A stretch of 64,000 bases of DNA from IMG/VR virus record IMGVR_UViG_3300042352_001190, positions 13,578-77,577 of that record; one strand, written 5' to 3'. The position numbers were made by a program, and so were the translations under genes. This document shows positions 39,015 through 48,627 of the stretch, one piece after another. Each line of letters opens with the position of its first letter. The first letter of the stretch is position 1. The notes beneath the pieces were generated by a model. The model was not told the DNA's origin and searched no databases. It saw only the letters and a program-made list of their open reading frames with translations. Source of the DNA: a virus (Duplodnaviria > Heunggongvirae > Uroviricota > Caudoviricetes).

Positions 39015-39558
39015 AGTATACGAAGATTTTGATCTTGATAAATTTATGCAAGATCCTGAAGCAGAGTTTCAGAAAAATGAAGAAAATCCTGAAATTGAGC
39101 CGGGAGATTATGTAACTAGCTATAGAGGGCCAGGGCAAGTAATTGATATGGATGACGATTTTATCAAAATTGAATTATTGGATTCTAGCAAAAAAATTGT
39201 TAGAGTTCCAAAGGACCTTGTTAGTAAAACCAAAAAGAAAGATGTCTATCATGACAATAAATCTCATGCTGAAGAAATTGCAGAGATTGGTGAAGAGGTT
39301 AGACGGTATGCTGAGATTATTTCTCCAGATGGAGAAGATCCAATGAATGTCAATGCTAAAGCAATTGCAGGTTTTATTGAAGATACCCTAATCGATGTAC
39401 TAAGAATGTATAAGAAAGATAAAAATGTCACATATCTTCCTGGTTACGATAATGTCGTAAATGGTATTGCACTAATTGCAGATATTGCTGAACAAGCAGA
39501 TCCATCTATTTCGGATAGAATTCAAGCTGCTCTTGAAAAATTTTATGAATTAGGATAA
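38959..39558 (+). CDS. hypothetical acidic protein
   Basis: ORF track; the start is likely the internal ATG near 39000. Confidence 0.45.
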   Translation: MEKLKFLENSLSNTMKYIKVYEDFDLDKFMQDPEAEFQKNEENPEIEPGDYVTSYRGPGQVIDMDDDFIKIELLDSSKKIVRVPKDLVSKTKKKDVYHDNKSHAEEIAEIGEEVRRYAEIISPDGEDPMNVNAKAIAGFIEDTLIDVLRMYKKDKNVTYLPGYDNVVNGIALIADIAEQADPSISDRIQAALEKFYELG

Positions 39559-39583
39559 CTAAATTAACATAAAGGATATAAGA

Positions 39584-39611
39584 AAGAGTAGCTAATCACT
39601 ACTCTTTTTTT
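39584..39611 (+). terminator. rho-independent terminator
   Basis: agagtag ctaatca ctactct hairpin followed by a T7 run. A tgtataataag motif follows immediately. Confidence 0.7.
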
Positions 39612-39645
39612 GTATAATAAGATTAAGTAAAAAGATAAAACTGTA

Positions 39646-40374
39646 ATGAGAATAACATTAATTTCAGACACCCACACAAAACACAATGAGGTAACATTGG
39701 ACTTACCAGGCGGAGATCTATTGATTCACGCTGGAGATATTATGAACTCTGGTCGAAACCCTGGCGATATCCAAAGCTTTTGCGAATGGTTTAATGGACT
39801 AGATCAATACGATCATAAAGTGTTTATTGCGGGTAATCATGATAGAATGTTTGAAGATTTTCCAGAGAAATCAATGGAAATAGTTAATTCATATAAGTGG
39901 ATTGATTATTTACAAGATGATTGGATTACAGTTGGAGATGGTGATCCACATGATGCAGATGTAAAAACAGCTAAAATCTATGGAAGTCCATGGCAACCAG
40001 AGTTTCATCATTGGGCATTTAATCTTCCTCGTCAAGGCGAAGAGTTAGCTGCTAAATGGGCTGCAATTCCAGCAGATACTGATATTTTGGTTACACATGG
40101 TCCAGCACAAGGTCACTTAGATGCAAGTGGTCCTCCATATAATGAGCCAAATTTAGGTTGTCCTCTTTTGAGAAATCATATTGATCAATCTGAAGCTAAA
40201 CCTAAAATTCATGTGTGTGGACATATTCATGGCGGATTTGGTTATAAGTTTGATGGACATACCCATTGGTTTAATGCATCAATCCTAAATGAATACTATG
40301 AATATGTTAATAAACCTGTAACATTTGATTGGGATCCTATTACTAACGAACTAACTTTTATTAATAATGACTAA
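39646..40374 (+). CDS. calcineurin-like metallophosphoesterase
   Basis: Motifs ISDTHTKH, HAGDIMN, GNHDRMF, THGP and GHIHGG. Confidence 0.7.
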   Translation: MRITLISDTHTKHNEVTLDLPGGDLLIHAGDIMNSGRNPGDIQSFCEWFNGLDQYDHKVFIAGNHDRMFEDFPEKSMEIVNSYKWIDYLQDDWITVGDGDPHDADVKTAKIYGSPWQPEFHHWAFNLPRQGEELAAKWAAIPADTDILVTHGPAQGHLDASGPPYNEPNLGCPLLRNHIDQSEAKPKIHVCGHIHGGFGYKFDGHTHWFNASILNEYYEYVNKPVTFDWDPITNELTFINND

Positions 40375-41440
40375 TACTGCACTCACATACGACGATATTC
40401 AATTGGTACCAGGTTATTCTGAAGTATCAAGTCGTCAAAACATTAACCTAAAAACTTTGGTAAGCCGCCGTTATGGTTTGCTAAGACCACTAGTCGCATC
40501 GCCAATGGATACGGTATGCGAAGAAGAAATGGCATTTAGAATGTTTCTTTTGGGTGGAGTTGGTTGTATTCACCGCTTTATGACAATTGAGGAGCAAGCT
40601 AAACAGGTGGCAAATCTTAATTATCGAATTTATGGAGAAGGTTTCGGCGGACCATACGAAGATTGGGGAATTATGTATGATGATTGGCATTCTGAAATAA
40701 AACAAATTCCAATTATGGCAGCAATTGGTGTAATGGCAAGCGATATGGATAGAGCAAAAGCCTTAGTCGAAGCTGGTGCAAATATTATCTTAATCGATGT
40801 TGCACATGGCCACCACGTAAATGTAAAAACCATGATTGGTTGGTGTAAGGAAAACCTACCTGACTATGTTGATGTTATTGCAGGAAATATTGCAACTGCA
40901 GAAGCCGCACAAGATCTAGAATCATGGGGAGCAGATGGTTTGAGAGTCGGTATAGGTGGAGGTTCTCTTTGTACAACCAGAATTAAGACTGGATTTGGTA
41001 TTCCAAACGTAACTTGTATTAATGATATTGTTGCGGTTGCAAAAACTCCAGTAATGGCAGACGGTGGTATTAAAACAAGCGGCGATATTGCAAAAGCCTT
41101 AGCACTAGGTGCAAGTTCAGTTATGTTGGGTTCTCTCCTAGCTGGAACGCAAGAAAGTCCTGGTCAAATTGTTGAAAAATCAACTGGCCTCTATAAAAGA
41201 TATCGTGGAGCGGCTTCACTTGAAACAAAAACCGTACATGGTCAAGCTCAACGAAATGTTGAAGGAGAGTCAACAATTGTTCCATATAAAGGCGGAGTAA
41301 AGTTTATCGTAGAGGGCCTTATCGATGGAGTTAAATCAGCACTATCCTATGCTGGAGCAGAGTCTCTTGCAAAATTCCATCCAAAATGGGTACAAATAAC
41401 TAATGCTGGTCAAACCGAAGCAAAACCACACTTACTATGA
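40367..41440 (+). CDS. IMP dehydrogenase / GMP reductase family protein without CBS subdomain
   Basis: LTYDDIQLVPGYSEV, VASPMDTVCEEEMAFRM, IDVAHGHH and catalytic-Cys loop GIGGGSLCTTR. The 357-aa length without a CBS insert favours GMP-reductase-like. Confidence 0.7.
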   Translation: MTNTALTYDDIQLVPGYSEVSSRQNINLKTLVSRRYGLLRPLVASPMDTVCEEEMAFRMFLLGGVGCIHRFMTIEEQAKQVANLNYRIYGEGFGGPYEDWGIMYDDWHSEIKQIPIMAAIGVMASDMDRAKALVEAGANIILIDVAHGHHVNVKTMIGWCKENLPDYVDVIAGNIATAEAAQDLESWGADGLRVGIGGGSLCTTRIKTGFGIPNVTCINDIVAVAKTPVMADGGIKTSGDIAKALALGASSVMLGSLLAGTQESPGQIVEKSTGLYKRYRGAASLETKTVHGQAQRNVEGESTIVPYKGGVKFIVEGLIDGVKSALSYAGAESLAKFHPKWVQITNAGQTEAKPHLL

Positions 41441-41544
41441 AAAGTATAATTAATAAGATCAAAAAAATCTGCAAAGAGATTCTATTGGGCTTTAGGATAG
41501 CCGAAGAAAATCGTCACCGCAGTGGATGGGGTAAATTTTAAATT

Positions 41545-41781
41545 ATGGCAGACTTTTGTGATAAATGCGCTCCCGAAATGTGGGGCGATGATATAGCAGC
41601 AGATATTGATACTGATCAAATCTTTGGTAGTCTAATGGACGAACATTATCAAGATGGATTTATTTGTGAAGGCTGTGGTCTAAGAGCAGTCGGTCGAGTA
41701 GGAGATGAAAAGATCCTAATCTACGATAACACAGATCTTCATAAGATGCATGAAATGATAGTGACTAAAGGTAAATACTAA
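41545..41781 (+). CDS. small Cys-rich zinc-finger-like protein
   Basis: CDKCAPEMW ... CEGCG. Confidence 0.4.
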   Translation: MADFCDKCAPEMWGDDIAADIDTDQIFGSLMDEHYQDGFICEGCGLRAVGRVGDEKILIYDNTDLHKMHEMIVTKGKY

Positions 41782-41787
41782 CAGATT

Positions 41788-41872
41788 GGAGGCTTGGCAG
41801 AGTGGTTGAATGCACCGGTCTTGAAAACCGGCATACTGAAAGGTATCTGGGGTTCGAATCCCTGAGCCTCCG
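41788..41872 (+). tRNA. tRNA-Ser (TGA)
   Basis: Acceptor ggaggct/agcctcc. Anticodon arm ccggt ctTGAaa accgg. Long variable arm. T-loop ttcgaat. Confidence 0.85.
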
Positions 41873-41876
41873 CAAA

Positions 41877-41907
41877 GGAGAACTGAAAGGTTCTCCTTTT
41901 CTTTTTT
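41877..41907 (+). terminator. rho-independent terminator
   Basis: ggagaac tgaaag gttctcc hairpin followed by ttttctttttt. Confidence 0.75.
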
Positions 41908-41938
41908 AGATAAATAATAAAAATTAATAGAAAAACTA

Positions 41939-42322
41939 ATGCATAAGCATATCAAACCATTTAGCCAATATGTTAACGAATCGTATGGAGAGTATATGGA
42001 AGAACAATTAGGCCAGGATTTCTCTAAGCAGTTTGATGTTAGAGCCTATTCTACAACATATACAAATAGCGGCGAAATCACTATTCAACAAAGAGGTGAT
42101 ATACATCCGGAAGAATTTTCTCAAATGATGCAATGGGTTGAAGCTCAAGGATACGAAGTAGATAAAGAGCAATCATATAATGATTTTGATTATGATGATG
42201 ATCGTTACTGGTACCCTAGAATTAGATTTAAGAAATCAATTAGTGACGAGGAAATGGATAGAATGACAAAAATCCAAATGGATCATGATGAAGCACAATT
42301 ACGTCGTGAACAGGGATTATAA
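41939..42322 (+). CDS. hypothetical acidic protein
   Basis: ORF track. Confidence 0.4.
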   Translation: MHKHIKPFSQYVNESYGEYMEEQLGQDFSKQFDVRAYSTTYTNSGEITIQQRGDIHPEEFSQMMQWVEAQGYEVDKEQSYNDFDYDDDRYWYPRIRFKKSISDEEMDRMTKIQMDHDEAQLRREQGL

Positions 42323-42346
42323 TTACATAAATACTTAATTTTATAA

Positions 42347-42372
42347 AGGGCCAATTGGCCCTTTTTCTTTTT
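42347..42372 (+). terminator. rho-independent terminator
   Basis: gggccaattggccc palindrome followed by tttttctttttt. Confidence 0.7.
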
Positions 42373-42648
42373 ACCTGGCGTATAAATAACAAAAATAAAA
42401 CTGAAATAATGGATAATCGTATCATGAGTTTCGATGAGTTTGTAGCTAAAGATCAGCCTCAAGTTGATGCAATGCCGCAAATGCAACCCGAAATACAACC
42501 AGAAATGCCAGTTGCTCAAGAACAACCAATGGAAGAGCCAATGATGCCTCAAGCTGAACCAGCTATGATGCCTAGCATGGAACAACCTGCAGTTGAACCT
42601 GAACAAGGTGAAGAAGGTCTTCAAATGTTAGAAGAACCAACTGTTTAA
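42355..42648 (+). CDS. Pro/Glu/Met/Gln-rich low-complexity protein
   Basis: MPQMQPEIQPEMPVAQEQPMEEPMMPQAEP. The start is probably the internal ATG at 42409, because the 5' end overlaps the terminator. Confidence 0.35.
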   Translation: MALFLFTWRINNKNKTEIMDNRIMSFDEFVAKDQPQVDAMPQMQPEIQPEMPVAQEQPMEEPMMPQAEPAMMPSMEQPAVEPEQGEEGLQMLEEPTV

Positions 42649-42669
42649 TAAAAAACTAGAATAGAGTAA

Positions 42670-43065
42670 ATGTCAGATCAGCCTATCAGACGTCGAAAAA
42701 GCAATAACGAAGAGGTTAGCCAAATGATGGACGAAATCCTTGGTGCACTGGACCATATCCGCAAGCATATGCCCAATGGTGAACTAAAGATTATTCAAGA
42801 AAAGGTTGAGGCAATTGAGGAATCTCATGAAAAATTGCATGATGATATTAGTCAAATTAAAAAGCTCTTACTTGATCCAGAAAATGGAGTTGTTGTTAGA
42901 GTAAACAAAAACACTCAATTTAGAGAAGATAACGAAAAAAGCATGCGCGAAAAGTTTGAAGTGCTTAATGAAGTTAATAAGTGGAAAGACGGAATTAACA
43001 AAGCAATGTGGATTATTTTTGCAGCTCTTATCGGAATTATCTTTGAATTATTCTTTAAAAAATAA
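42670..43065 (+). CDS. C-terminally membrane-anchored coiled-coil protein next to the endolysin (possible lysis accessory)
   Basis: C-terminal TM AMWIIFAALIGIIFELFF; its position directly upstream of the endolysin. Confidence 0.4.
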   Translation: MSDQPIRRRKSNNEEVSQMMDEILGALDHIRKHMPNGELKIIQEKVEAIEESHEKLHDDISQIKKLLLDPENGVVVRVNKNTQFREDNEKSMREKFEVLNEVNKWKDGINKAMWIIFAALIGIIFELFFKK

Positions 43066-43076
43066 ATTTTAAAACA

Positions 43077-43913
43077 ATGTCAGTACTTAAAGTCGGTTCT
43101 ACCGGAGACTTGGTTAAAAAACTTCAAGAAAAATTAGGAGCTGGTGCAGATGGATCGTTTGGTCCTGGTACAGAAGCTAAATTAAAAGCATGGCAAACTG
43201 CAAACGGTCTTACTGCCGATGGTATTGCTGGACCTGCTACACTTGCAAAATTAGGAATTAGCGAGTCAGCTACTCCAGTTGCTGCAGCACCTGCTGTTGC
43301 AATCCCAGCTTCATCTTTTAAATTAGCTGCACTTAAAGGTCATGTACCTGATGCAGTTCTTGCTCAAATCCCTGATACAGCTGCTAAATTTAATATTACA
43401 ACTCCTCTACGTTTAGCACACTTCTTAGCACAGTGTGGTCACGAAAGTGGTGGTTTCAAAGCTGTTCAAGAAAATGTTAATTATTCAGCAGATGGTCTTA
43501 AAAAGATCTTTGGTAAATATTTTCCAGGTAATTTAAATGAGTCTTATGCTCGTAATCCTGAGAAAATTGCTTCAAGAGTTTATGCAGATCGTATGGGTAA
43601 TGGTAATGAAGCTTCTAAAGATGGTTTCAAATTCCGCGGTCGTGGTTATATTCAATTAACTGGAAAATCAAACTATACAAACTTTGCTAAATTTATTGGT
43701 GAAGATACAGTAGCTAATCCAGATCTAGTTGCAACTAAATATCCTTTGGCTTCAGCCGCATTTTTCTTTGATTCAAATAAACTTTGGTCAATTTGCGATA
43801 AAGGTGCAGATACTGCAACTGTTACGGCTGTAACTAAAAGAGTAAATGGCGGAACAATTGGTCTTGATGATCGTATTAAACACTTTAACGAATATTACAA
43901 TCTATTAAAATAA
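43077..43913 (+). CDS. endolysin: N-terminal peptidoglycan-binding domain plus GH19 (chitinase-like) muramidase domain
   Basis: PG_binding_1-like LVKKLQEKLG...DGSFGPGTEAKLKAWQ. GH19 blocks LAHFLAQCGHESGGF and FRGRGYIQLTGKSNY. Confidence 0.8.
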   Translation: MSVLKVGSTGDLVKKLQEKLGAGADGSFGPGTEAKLKAWQTANGLTADGIAGPATLAKLGISESATPVAAAPAVAIPASSFKLAALKGHVPDAVLAQIPDTAAKFNITTPLRLAHFLAQCGHESGGFKAVQENVNYSADGLKKIFGKYFPGNLNESYARNPEKIASRVYADRMGNGNEASKDGFKFRGRGYIQLTGKSNYTNFAKFIGEDTVANPDLVATKYPLASAAFFFDSNKLWSICDKGADTATVTAVTKRVNGGTIGLDDRIKHFNEYYNLLK

Positions 43914-43931
43914 TTTCGAGGAATTTTTTAA

Positions 43932-44315
43932 ATGTTCACTCCTAATCATCTTCATCTTTTGGTACGAGGGTACCTACAAAACCCACCAAAAGATGAAGCT
44001 ATTTTAAATCAGTGGTTAACTGATCTTGTTAAAAAAGTTAGAATGGTCGTTGTAGCTGGTCCAACCTCAATCTATGTAGATGAACCTGGAAATGAAGGTA
44101 TTACTGGTACAGTTACCTTAGCTACATCGCACGCAGCCATTCACGTTTGGGACAAAGCCGACCCAGCATTTTTTCAATTTGATATTTACTCTTGTTCTGA
44201 ATTTTCAGCAGATGAAGTTTTAGATCACTTTGAACAATTTGGTTTGGTATCATGTGAATACATGTATATTGACCGAAATCATGGACTAAAGGTAGTTCAC
44301 GAAGGAAAAAGATAA
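43932..44315 (+). CDS. speH: S-adenosylmethionine decarboxylase proenzyme (SpeH-like, pyruvoyl-dependent)
   Basis: VTLATSHAAIHVWDKADPAFFQFDIYSC matches the AdoMetDC block LLAESHLSIHTWPE...DLFTCG, including the ESH/TSH serinolysis site. Confidence 0.55.
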   Translation: MFTPNHLHLLVRGYLQNPPKDEAILNQWLTDLVKKVRMVVVAGPTSIYVDEPGNEGITGTVTLATSHAAIHVWDKADPAFFQFDIYSCSEFSADEVLDHFEQFGLVSCEYMYIDRNHGLKVVHEGKR

Positions 44316-44321
44316 AACAAA

Positions 44322-44606
44322 ATGGCAGAAAAGCAAAATCCAATCGGTGGGCTCACTGATACGTTTTTTTCAAAGTTAAAGGAACAATCATTTACAATCA
44401 TACTTATGGTTGGAGTTATTTGGTATCAGGGCAAATTGATGGAAGAGCGAGTTGCATATTGGCAAAAACAATATGAAGATCAAAAAGCCTATATTCAAAA
44501 AACAGCTGATGAAGATCGAACTGAGCTTCTTGAAAGAATAAAATATCTTCAAGATCAACGGGACAAATATGTCGAAGATGCAATCCAAGAGTTAAAAAAC
44601 AAATAA
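44322..44606 (+). CDS. single-TM coiled-coil protein
   Basis: FTIILMVGVIWY followed by a charged helical region. Confidence 0.4.
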   Translation: MAEKQNPIGGLTDTFFSKLKEQSFTIILMVGVIWYQGKLMEERVAYWQKQYEDQKAYIQKTADEDRTELLERIKYLQDQRDKYVEDAIQELKNK

Positions 44607-44614
44607 TATAAAAA

Positions 44615-45859
44615 ATGGAAAACAATCAAGAAGTTAAGGTAGAGGCAGAAGTTTCAGTAGAAATTTCTGATTCAGTATCTACTCAAACTGGTAATGAAGA
44701 AGTTGGCGCAAGTGCTGACGCCTCATATGATGCACAGGTTGAAGCAAGCGCAAGTGCTGAGGCCGGTATTGATGGTGGAATGGCATACGCTGGAGCTGAG
44801 GCTCACGTAAGTGCTGAAGTATCAGCAGAAGCAAACGCTGAAGCCCATGCTAGTCAAGAACTAGGTGGAGGCGTAAGTGTTGAAGCTGAAACCGATGCTC
44901 ATGCAGAGGCTCACGCAAGCGCAGAAGCAAATGCTGAAGCTCATGCAGAAGCAGGTTGGAATGGAACAGATGCCGTAATTGAAGCTGGAGCTAGCGTTGA
45001 TGCTAGAGTAGAAGTTGAAGCTAGTGCTGAAGCCCATGCTGAAGCTGGATTAGACACTCCACTTGGAGAAGTTAAAGTTGGAGCAGAAGCTGAAGGTCAT
45101 GCTGGAGCTTATGCTGAAGCACATGCTGGAGTTGAGGGTCATGCCTCAGTTGGAGAGCATGGAGTTGATGTAGGTGGTGGCGCAATGGCTGGAGCCGGGG
45201 CAGGAGTTGAAGCTGGCGGATCTGCTGGTATCGATACTCCAATTGGTAACGCAGATGCAAGCGCTGAAGTTGGTGCAAGTATAGGAGTTCAGGTTGGCGT
45301 TGAGGGTGAAGCTCATGCAACGTATAATAATGGAGAAGTTTCAATTGGTATTAGTGGAGAAGCCGCCTTATTAGTAGGTTTGGATGCTGATATTAATGTT
45401 GATTTAGACTTAAATCCAGCAATTGATCTTGCAAATAACGCAGATGAAATTGCAAAAGCAGCAGCAGAAGAGGCACATAAACAAGCTGAAATCGCAGCTG
45501 AGGAAGCTAAGAAAGCAGCAGAACTTGCAGCAGCTGAAGCGCAAAGAGCAGCAGAAGAAGCTGATCGTATTGCAAAGGAAGCAGCAGAAGAAGCTAAAAG
45601 AGTAGCAGCTGAAGCTAAACGTATTGCCGATGAACAAGCCGCTGCTGCAGCTAGAGAAATTGAAAGACAGGCAGCTGAGGCTAAAAGAGTAGCAGATGAA
45701 GCAGCGAGAGTTGCAGCAGCTGAAGCTCAACGTGCAGCGGAAGAAACTAAAAGAGCTGCTGAACAGGCAGCAAGAGAAGCCGAAAATCTAGCAAATCAAG
45801 CAGCTAGAGAATTAGAAAAGGCCGCAAAGAAAGCCAATCCTAAAAATTGGTTTAGATAA
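44615..45859 (+). CDS. Ala/Glu/His-rich repeat protein with a C-terminal Ala-rich coiled coil
   Basis: Repeated AEAHA/EAHAEA units, then an AEEAKKAAELAAAEAQRAAEEADRIAKEAAEEAKR heptad-like tract. Confidence 0.5.
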   Translation: MENNQEVKVEAEVSVEISDSVSTQTGNEEVGASADASYDAQVEASASAEAGIDGGMAYAGAEAHVSAEVSAEANAEAHASQELGGGVSVEAETDAHAEAHASAEANAEAHAEAGWNGTDAVIEAGASVDARVEVEASAEAHAEAGLDTPLGEVKVGAEAEGHAGAYAEAHAGVEGHASVGEHGVDVGGGAMAGAGAGVEAGGSAGIDTPIGNADASAEVGASIGVQVGVEGEAHATYNNGEVSIGISGEAALLVGLDADINVDLDLNPAIDLANNADEIAKAAAEEAHKQAEIAAEEAKKAAELAAAEAQRAAEEADRIAKEAAEEAKRVAAEAKRIADEQAAAAAREIERQAAEAKRVADEAARVAAAEAQRAAEETKRAAEQAAREAENLANQAARELEKAAKKANPKNWFR

Positions 45860-45877
45860 AAATAAATTTTTTAAATT

Positions 45878-46471
45878 ATGAGTTGTTACACTAGAGAACA
45901 GATTGAAAATGCAGTAAAATCAAAGGGATATGTTTGGTTTGAAGGTGCAAAGGACTATGATCTTAATATTGTTGGAGTTAGAAATTCGGCAACTGGTCAA
46001 AAAGTTACAAATGCATTTGATGATTGCATTACTGTATCATATAAACTAGGAGGCGAATGGAAATCTCATTGCTGGATGGCCACAACGGATCCAGGTAAAA
46101 AGGGAGTTATGGAATACCATAATGCAGCGGGAGTTGCCAGACTAGTTGAAGGTCAATATAGAGGTTCACACACGTTAGGTTTACACCAAGGTAAGTACGA
46201 AGCTCTTAAGCAACAAAAACCTGTAAAAGTATATCGTGATGCAGACAAAGATCTAGAATACGATGAAAACAAAATTCAAGAAGGTATTTTTGGTATTAAC
46301 ATCCATAAAGCTGGAGCAGATTCTACCTATGTAGAAAACTGGTCAGAAGGATGTCAAGTATTTAAAAAGGCTGCTGAGTTTGAAGATTTTATGGCTCTTT
46401 GTAGAAAAGCCGCTGCAATCCATGGTAAATCATTTACCTACACTCTAATTGAGTCTAAGGATATTGTATAA
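45878..46471 (+). CDS. hypothetical protein with an L,D-transpeptidase-like His...SxGC motif (tentative)
   Basis: INIHKAGADSTYVENWSEGCQV resembles the YkuD catalytic H...(S/T)HGC arrangement. Confidence 0.35.
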   Translation: MSCYTREQIENAVKSKGYVWFEGAKDYDLNIVGVRNSATGQKVTNAFDDCITVSYKLGGEWKSHCWMATTDPGKKGVMEYHNAAGVARLVEGQYRGSHTLGLHQGKYEALKQQKPVKVYRDADKDLEYDENKIQEGIFGINIHKAGADSTYVENWSEGCQVFKKAAEFEDFMALCRKAAAIHGKSFTYTLIESKDIV

Positions 46472-47013
46472 TGATTAAGTACATTAAAGACATATTAACT
46501 ACAATTACACCAGGGCAGAGACTTTTTGCCCTGGTATTTTTACTAATTGCTATAACACTAATGACAGTTGGCCCACGCCTATTCGATAGTGTTACAATGG
46601 ACCATGAAGAACTCAACCTTAAGGTAAATCGTCAAAAAACTGAAATCTTTGAATTAAATTCACGAGTTGGAGAATTAACACAACAAGTATTAGACAATCA
46701 ACGTAGCTGCACAAATGACTTAATTGCAAAAGAAAAGGAAATTCTTGGCATTATTACTTCAATTGAAATTGAAATGGAACGTGGACAAACCACTATTACT
46801 AGAACTGAGAAACGAGCAGAAACTAGCAATCGAATGATAAGACGCTCGCCTAGCTCAACTGAAGATACTATTCAAGTTGCATATTCAATAATACCAGATG
46901 AACTTGAGCAGACTATAATTGAGACACGAACTGATAATAGTAAAGCTTTAAATTCAATTAAACAACTTAAAAAGAAAATTTCTTCTGATATTGAGGAGAA
47001 GAAAAAACAATAA
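46471..47013 (+). CDS. single-TM coiled-coil protein
   Basis: LFALVFLLIAITLMTVG followed by a long charged helical region. Confidence 0.45.
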   Translation: MIKYIKDILTTITPGQRLFALVFLLIAITLMTVGPRLFDSVTMDHEELNLKVNRQKTEIFELNSRVGELTQQVLDNQRSCTNDLIAKEKEILGIITSIEIEMERGQTTITRTEKRAETSNRMIRRSPSSTEDTIQVAYSIIPDELEQTIIETRTDNSKALNSIKQLKKKISSDIEEKKKQ

Positions 47014-47049
47014 AGGATTCCTTTGGAACCTAGAGCTCCAACTCTAAAT

Positions 47050-47076
47050 AAGCTGCTTTCGGGCAGCTTTTTTTAT
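47050..47076 (+). terminator. rho-independent terminator
   Basis: aagctgc tttcg ggcagctt hairpin followed by a T7 run. Confidence 0.75.
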
Positions 47077-47092
47077 GCATAAACTTTGGTAA

Positions 47093-47434
47093 TTGACTAT
47101 AGTAAAATATCTTAAACCTATTAATATGGAAAATCACGAAAATCTAGAGCCAATTGGCGAAGTTACATTAATTCAACCAATGCAACCGCAGTATCTTTTT
47201 ACAATCAATGATTCTGGCGAAAAACTAGTTGAAATTGATAAAACTGGTAATATTACCTATATGAAAGATGAAGAGGCTCTTAATGAAGCAAGTAGAGTTT
47301 TTTGGAATAGTATTCAAGGAAATTTTTTAGTAATTCAAACCAATCTACTTGATGAAACTCCAAACGATATGGAATTGGGTAAATTAGTTAGACAACTGTA
47401 CAATAAGAAAACTTCAGAAACAAAATGGATGTAA
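47093..47434 (+). CDS. hypothetical protein
   Basis: ORF track; the start may be the ATG at 47126. Confidence 0.4.
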   Translation: MTIVKYLKPINMENHENLEPIGEVTLIQPMQPQYLFTINDSGEKLVEIDKTGNITYMKDEEALNEASRVFWNSIQGNFLVIQTNLLDETPNDMELGKLVRQLYNKKTSETKWM

Positions 47435-47781
47435 TTGATATTGGTCATAAGGTATTTGATAGACTAGTCGATTCGTATGGAGAAGATCCTGCAAGTCGAC
47501 TTCTATTTTTAGCTGGTTGCACAACCGGTTTTGAATGGTTTGTTATTAATTCTGATAAGACTGTACTTGTTACTGATCATGGTATTTCAGCAAATTGGGA
47601 CGATGAAGTAATTACTCAAATTAACGCTGACATCCAAGCCGAAAAACGTAAACTTGACGAAGCTGCTGCAAAGAAATTTGCACAAGAAATGGAAAAGGGC
47701 CGCGATAAATTTAAAGATGGCGATACTTACCATTTTTGGAGTGATACTTCAAACAATATAAACATTGATATAAAATTTTAA
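47425..47781 (+). CDS. hypothetical protein
   Basis: ORF track. Confidence 0.4.
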   Translation: MDVIDIGHKVFDRLVDSYGEDPASRLLFLAGCTTGFEWFVINSDKTVLVTDHGISANWDDEVITQINADIQAEKRKLDEAAAKKFAQEMEKGRDKFKDGDTYHFWSDTSNNINIDIKF

Positions 47782-47783
47782 AT

Positions 47784-47978
47784 ATGAGCTACGTAATTGT
47801 AAAAATGGTAAAGACAAATGACGCTTCTTCGCATCTTCCAGTTATATTATTGGACAGTACTAGTGAGGTAATGGAATTTGAAACTGAACAAGCAGCAGAA
47901 GAAATGCGACGAAGATTTCAGGTAAACTCTGATTCGGGGTATTCCTATCAAATTAAAAAAATTGGAAACCATGAGTAA
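47784..47978 (+). CDS. hypothetical protein
   Basis: ORF track. Confidence 0.35.
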   Translation: MSYVIVKMVKTNDASSHLPVILLDSTSEVMEFETEQAAEEMRRRFQVNSDSGYSYQIKKIGNHE

Positions 47979-48264
47979 AAATCTAAAGCTAATTATTGAT
48001 ATTCTCCTAATTAGCACATTTGTTATGATATTTTCGTTTGTTCCAGAAAATGCAAGAGAGTTTTTTGGCGATTGGCTATGTCAAGGAAGCGGAGAAGCAA
48101 TCAAAGATACTTATCACTATGTTGGTTGTAATTATGCTGGAAATGGCTATCACGATCCCGAATGGCATTGGGGTTTTCGACACTATGTATGGATGTTAAC
48201 TGGATTGGCCATAACTGTAGTCAGAGTAATTAGCCTTATTTCAAAATACGAAAACACTAAATAA
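47962..48264 (+). CDS. small membrane protein
   Basis: LKLIIDILLISTFVMIFSFV and WMLTGLAITVVRVISLI. Confidence 0.35.
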   Translation: METMSKNLKLIIDILLISTFVMIFSFVPENAREFFGDWLCQGSGEAIKDTYHYVGCNYAGNGYHDPEWHWGFRHYVWMLTGLAITVVRVISLISKYENTK

Positions 48265-48626
48265 TGACAAAGGTTTTTTTAATTGATATAGATGGTACTA
48301 TTTGTGATGATATTAAGAATGAGGATTCTCATCTCTTTGCAAGCGCAAATGTATTCCCAGATTCACTAAGTATAATTAATAAATGGTATGACGAGGGCCA
48401 CGTTATTACATTTTTTACTGCTCGTGAAAGTAAAGACCGTAAGGTTACTGAAGATTGGCTAAATCAAAATGGTTTTAAATATCATGGATTAGTAATGGAT
48501 AAGCCAAGAATTAAGGATGACCAAGAATATGTGTGGATTGATAATCGAAAGGTTAGAGCAGTAACTTATCTTGGAACCTGGTCAGAATTAACAGAAGTTG
48601 ACGCTAAAATTAAAGTATTTAAATAA
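48264..48626 (+). CDS. small HAD-superfamily phosphatase
   Basis: N-terminal FLIDIDGTICDD is a DxDxT motif. It precedes thyA. Confidence 0.55.
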   Translation: MTKVFLIDIDGTICDDIKNEDSHLFASANVFPDSLSIINKWYDEGHVITFFTARESKDRKVTEDWLNQNGFKYHGLVMDKPRIKDDQEYVWIDNRKVRAVTYLGTWSELTEVDAKIKVFK

Positions 48627-48627
48627 T